Shown: piece after piece, positions 63,480 to 64,000 of the stretch
How the letters are laid out: each line of letters begins with the position of its first letter
Numbering within the stretch: the stretch's first letter is position 1
Assembly (NCBI RefSeq): GCF_009914755.1
Contig: NC_060929.1
DNA from: the human T2T-CHM13v2.0 reference genome, Homo sapiens
Length of the DNA: 64,000 nucleotides
Reading direction: 5' to 3' (one strand)
Translations under genes and position numbers: made by a program
Notes under the pieces: generated by a model
Told to the model about the DNA's origin: nothing
Database searches by the model: none
Seen by the model: only the letters and a program-made list of their open reading frames with translations

Positions 63480-63647
63480 TTTTGGGGAATCGAGGTGGAT
63501 TGTCATTGACATCGGTGAGAGTGATGTTGACTATTGTTGTTCCGGCTAATCCTCCAAGCTGTCCTCCCATATCCTTGGCTTGGATGAGTACTTGATATTG
63601 TTCTTTGACTTCTCTGTCCATGTTTGGCAAAGCTGTTCTAATAACAC
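63480..63647 (-). CDS. CDH12: Cadherin-12 coding exon (probably exon 8), 168 nt, phase 1-1; C-terminal half of EC2
   Basis: Translates (G)[55 protein letters not shown] with cadherin DRE, AxDxG and DxNDNxP motifs. Acceptor tttatcccttaag|GT, donor CCCAAAA|gtatgt. Matches recalled human CDH12. Confidence 0.96.
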
Positions 63648-64000
63648 CTTAAGGGATAAAAGCAATAATGTAAAATAAATATCACAAATGCTCTGTTTTC
63701 TGAAATAAAATAAAATGCAACAACAACATGATTCTACCTAGAATCACTAACAGAGACATAATAGCTAAAATTGTATCTTTTAAAAAGTGAGACATTCAAA
63801 ATGTCCAATGGTTAGGACATAATTTAAAATATTATAGTAGCTACACAACAAAATGCCATGCCACAATGAGAAATATGGTTAAAGAACAATGTATCACCTC
63901 TAAGAGGTAGTCATCATTCATAAGTAAGCCAAGTTAGACATGATTTATATGCACGATCCTATCTTTAAAAAGAAGAAATCATTAAAAATTAGAGGTAAAA

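Overview
AT-rich primate (most likely human) genomic DNA lying entirely inside one long neuronal gene on the minus strand: type II cadherin CDH12 (Br-cadherin, 5p14 from recall). Four intact coding exons with canonical GT-AG sites (63480-63647, 38283-38470, 23511-23764, 4699-4835; 168/188/254/137 nt, probably exons 8-11) splice in frame and encode EC2 (C-terminal half) to mid-EC4. The rest is intron filled with interspersed repeats: 11 Alus plus a FLAM, a full-length Tigger1, Tigger2a, MER47A, a complete MLT1A MaLR with a nested THE1-type LTR, two abutting ERV1 LTRs, a 5'-truncated L1PA3, and L2/MIR/MER remnants. No new protein-coding system is supported; most ORF-track entries are repeat-derived or chance. 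The most notable features are a ~940-bp AT-rich element with terminal inverted arms and an 88-bp perfect palindrome built from a self-palindromic 28-mer, and a 14-bp hairpin hiding an AAUAAA just upstream of the 137-nt exon. Also notable are exon phases and inverted Alus compatible with stop-less circRNAs, an L1-adjacent intronic poly(A) candidate, and an isolated CTCF-like site. Repeat names come from recalled consensus sequences, not a database search, and the boundaries of old repeats are approximate.
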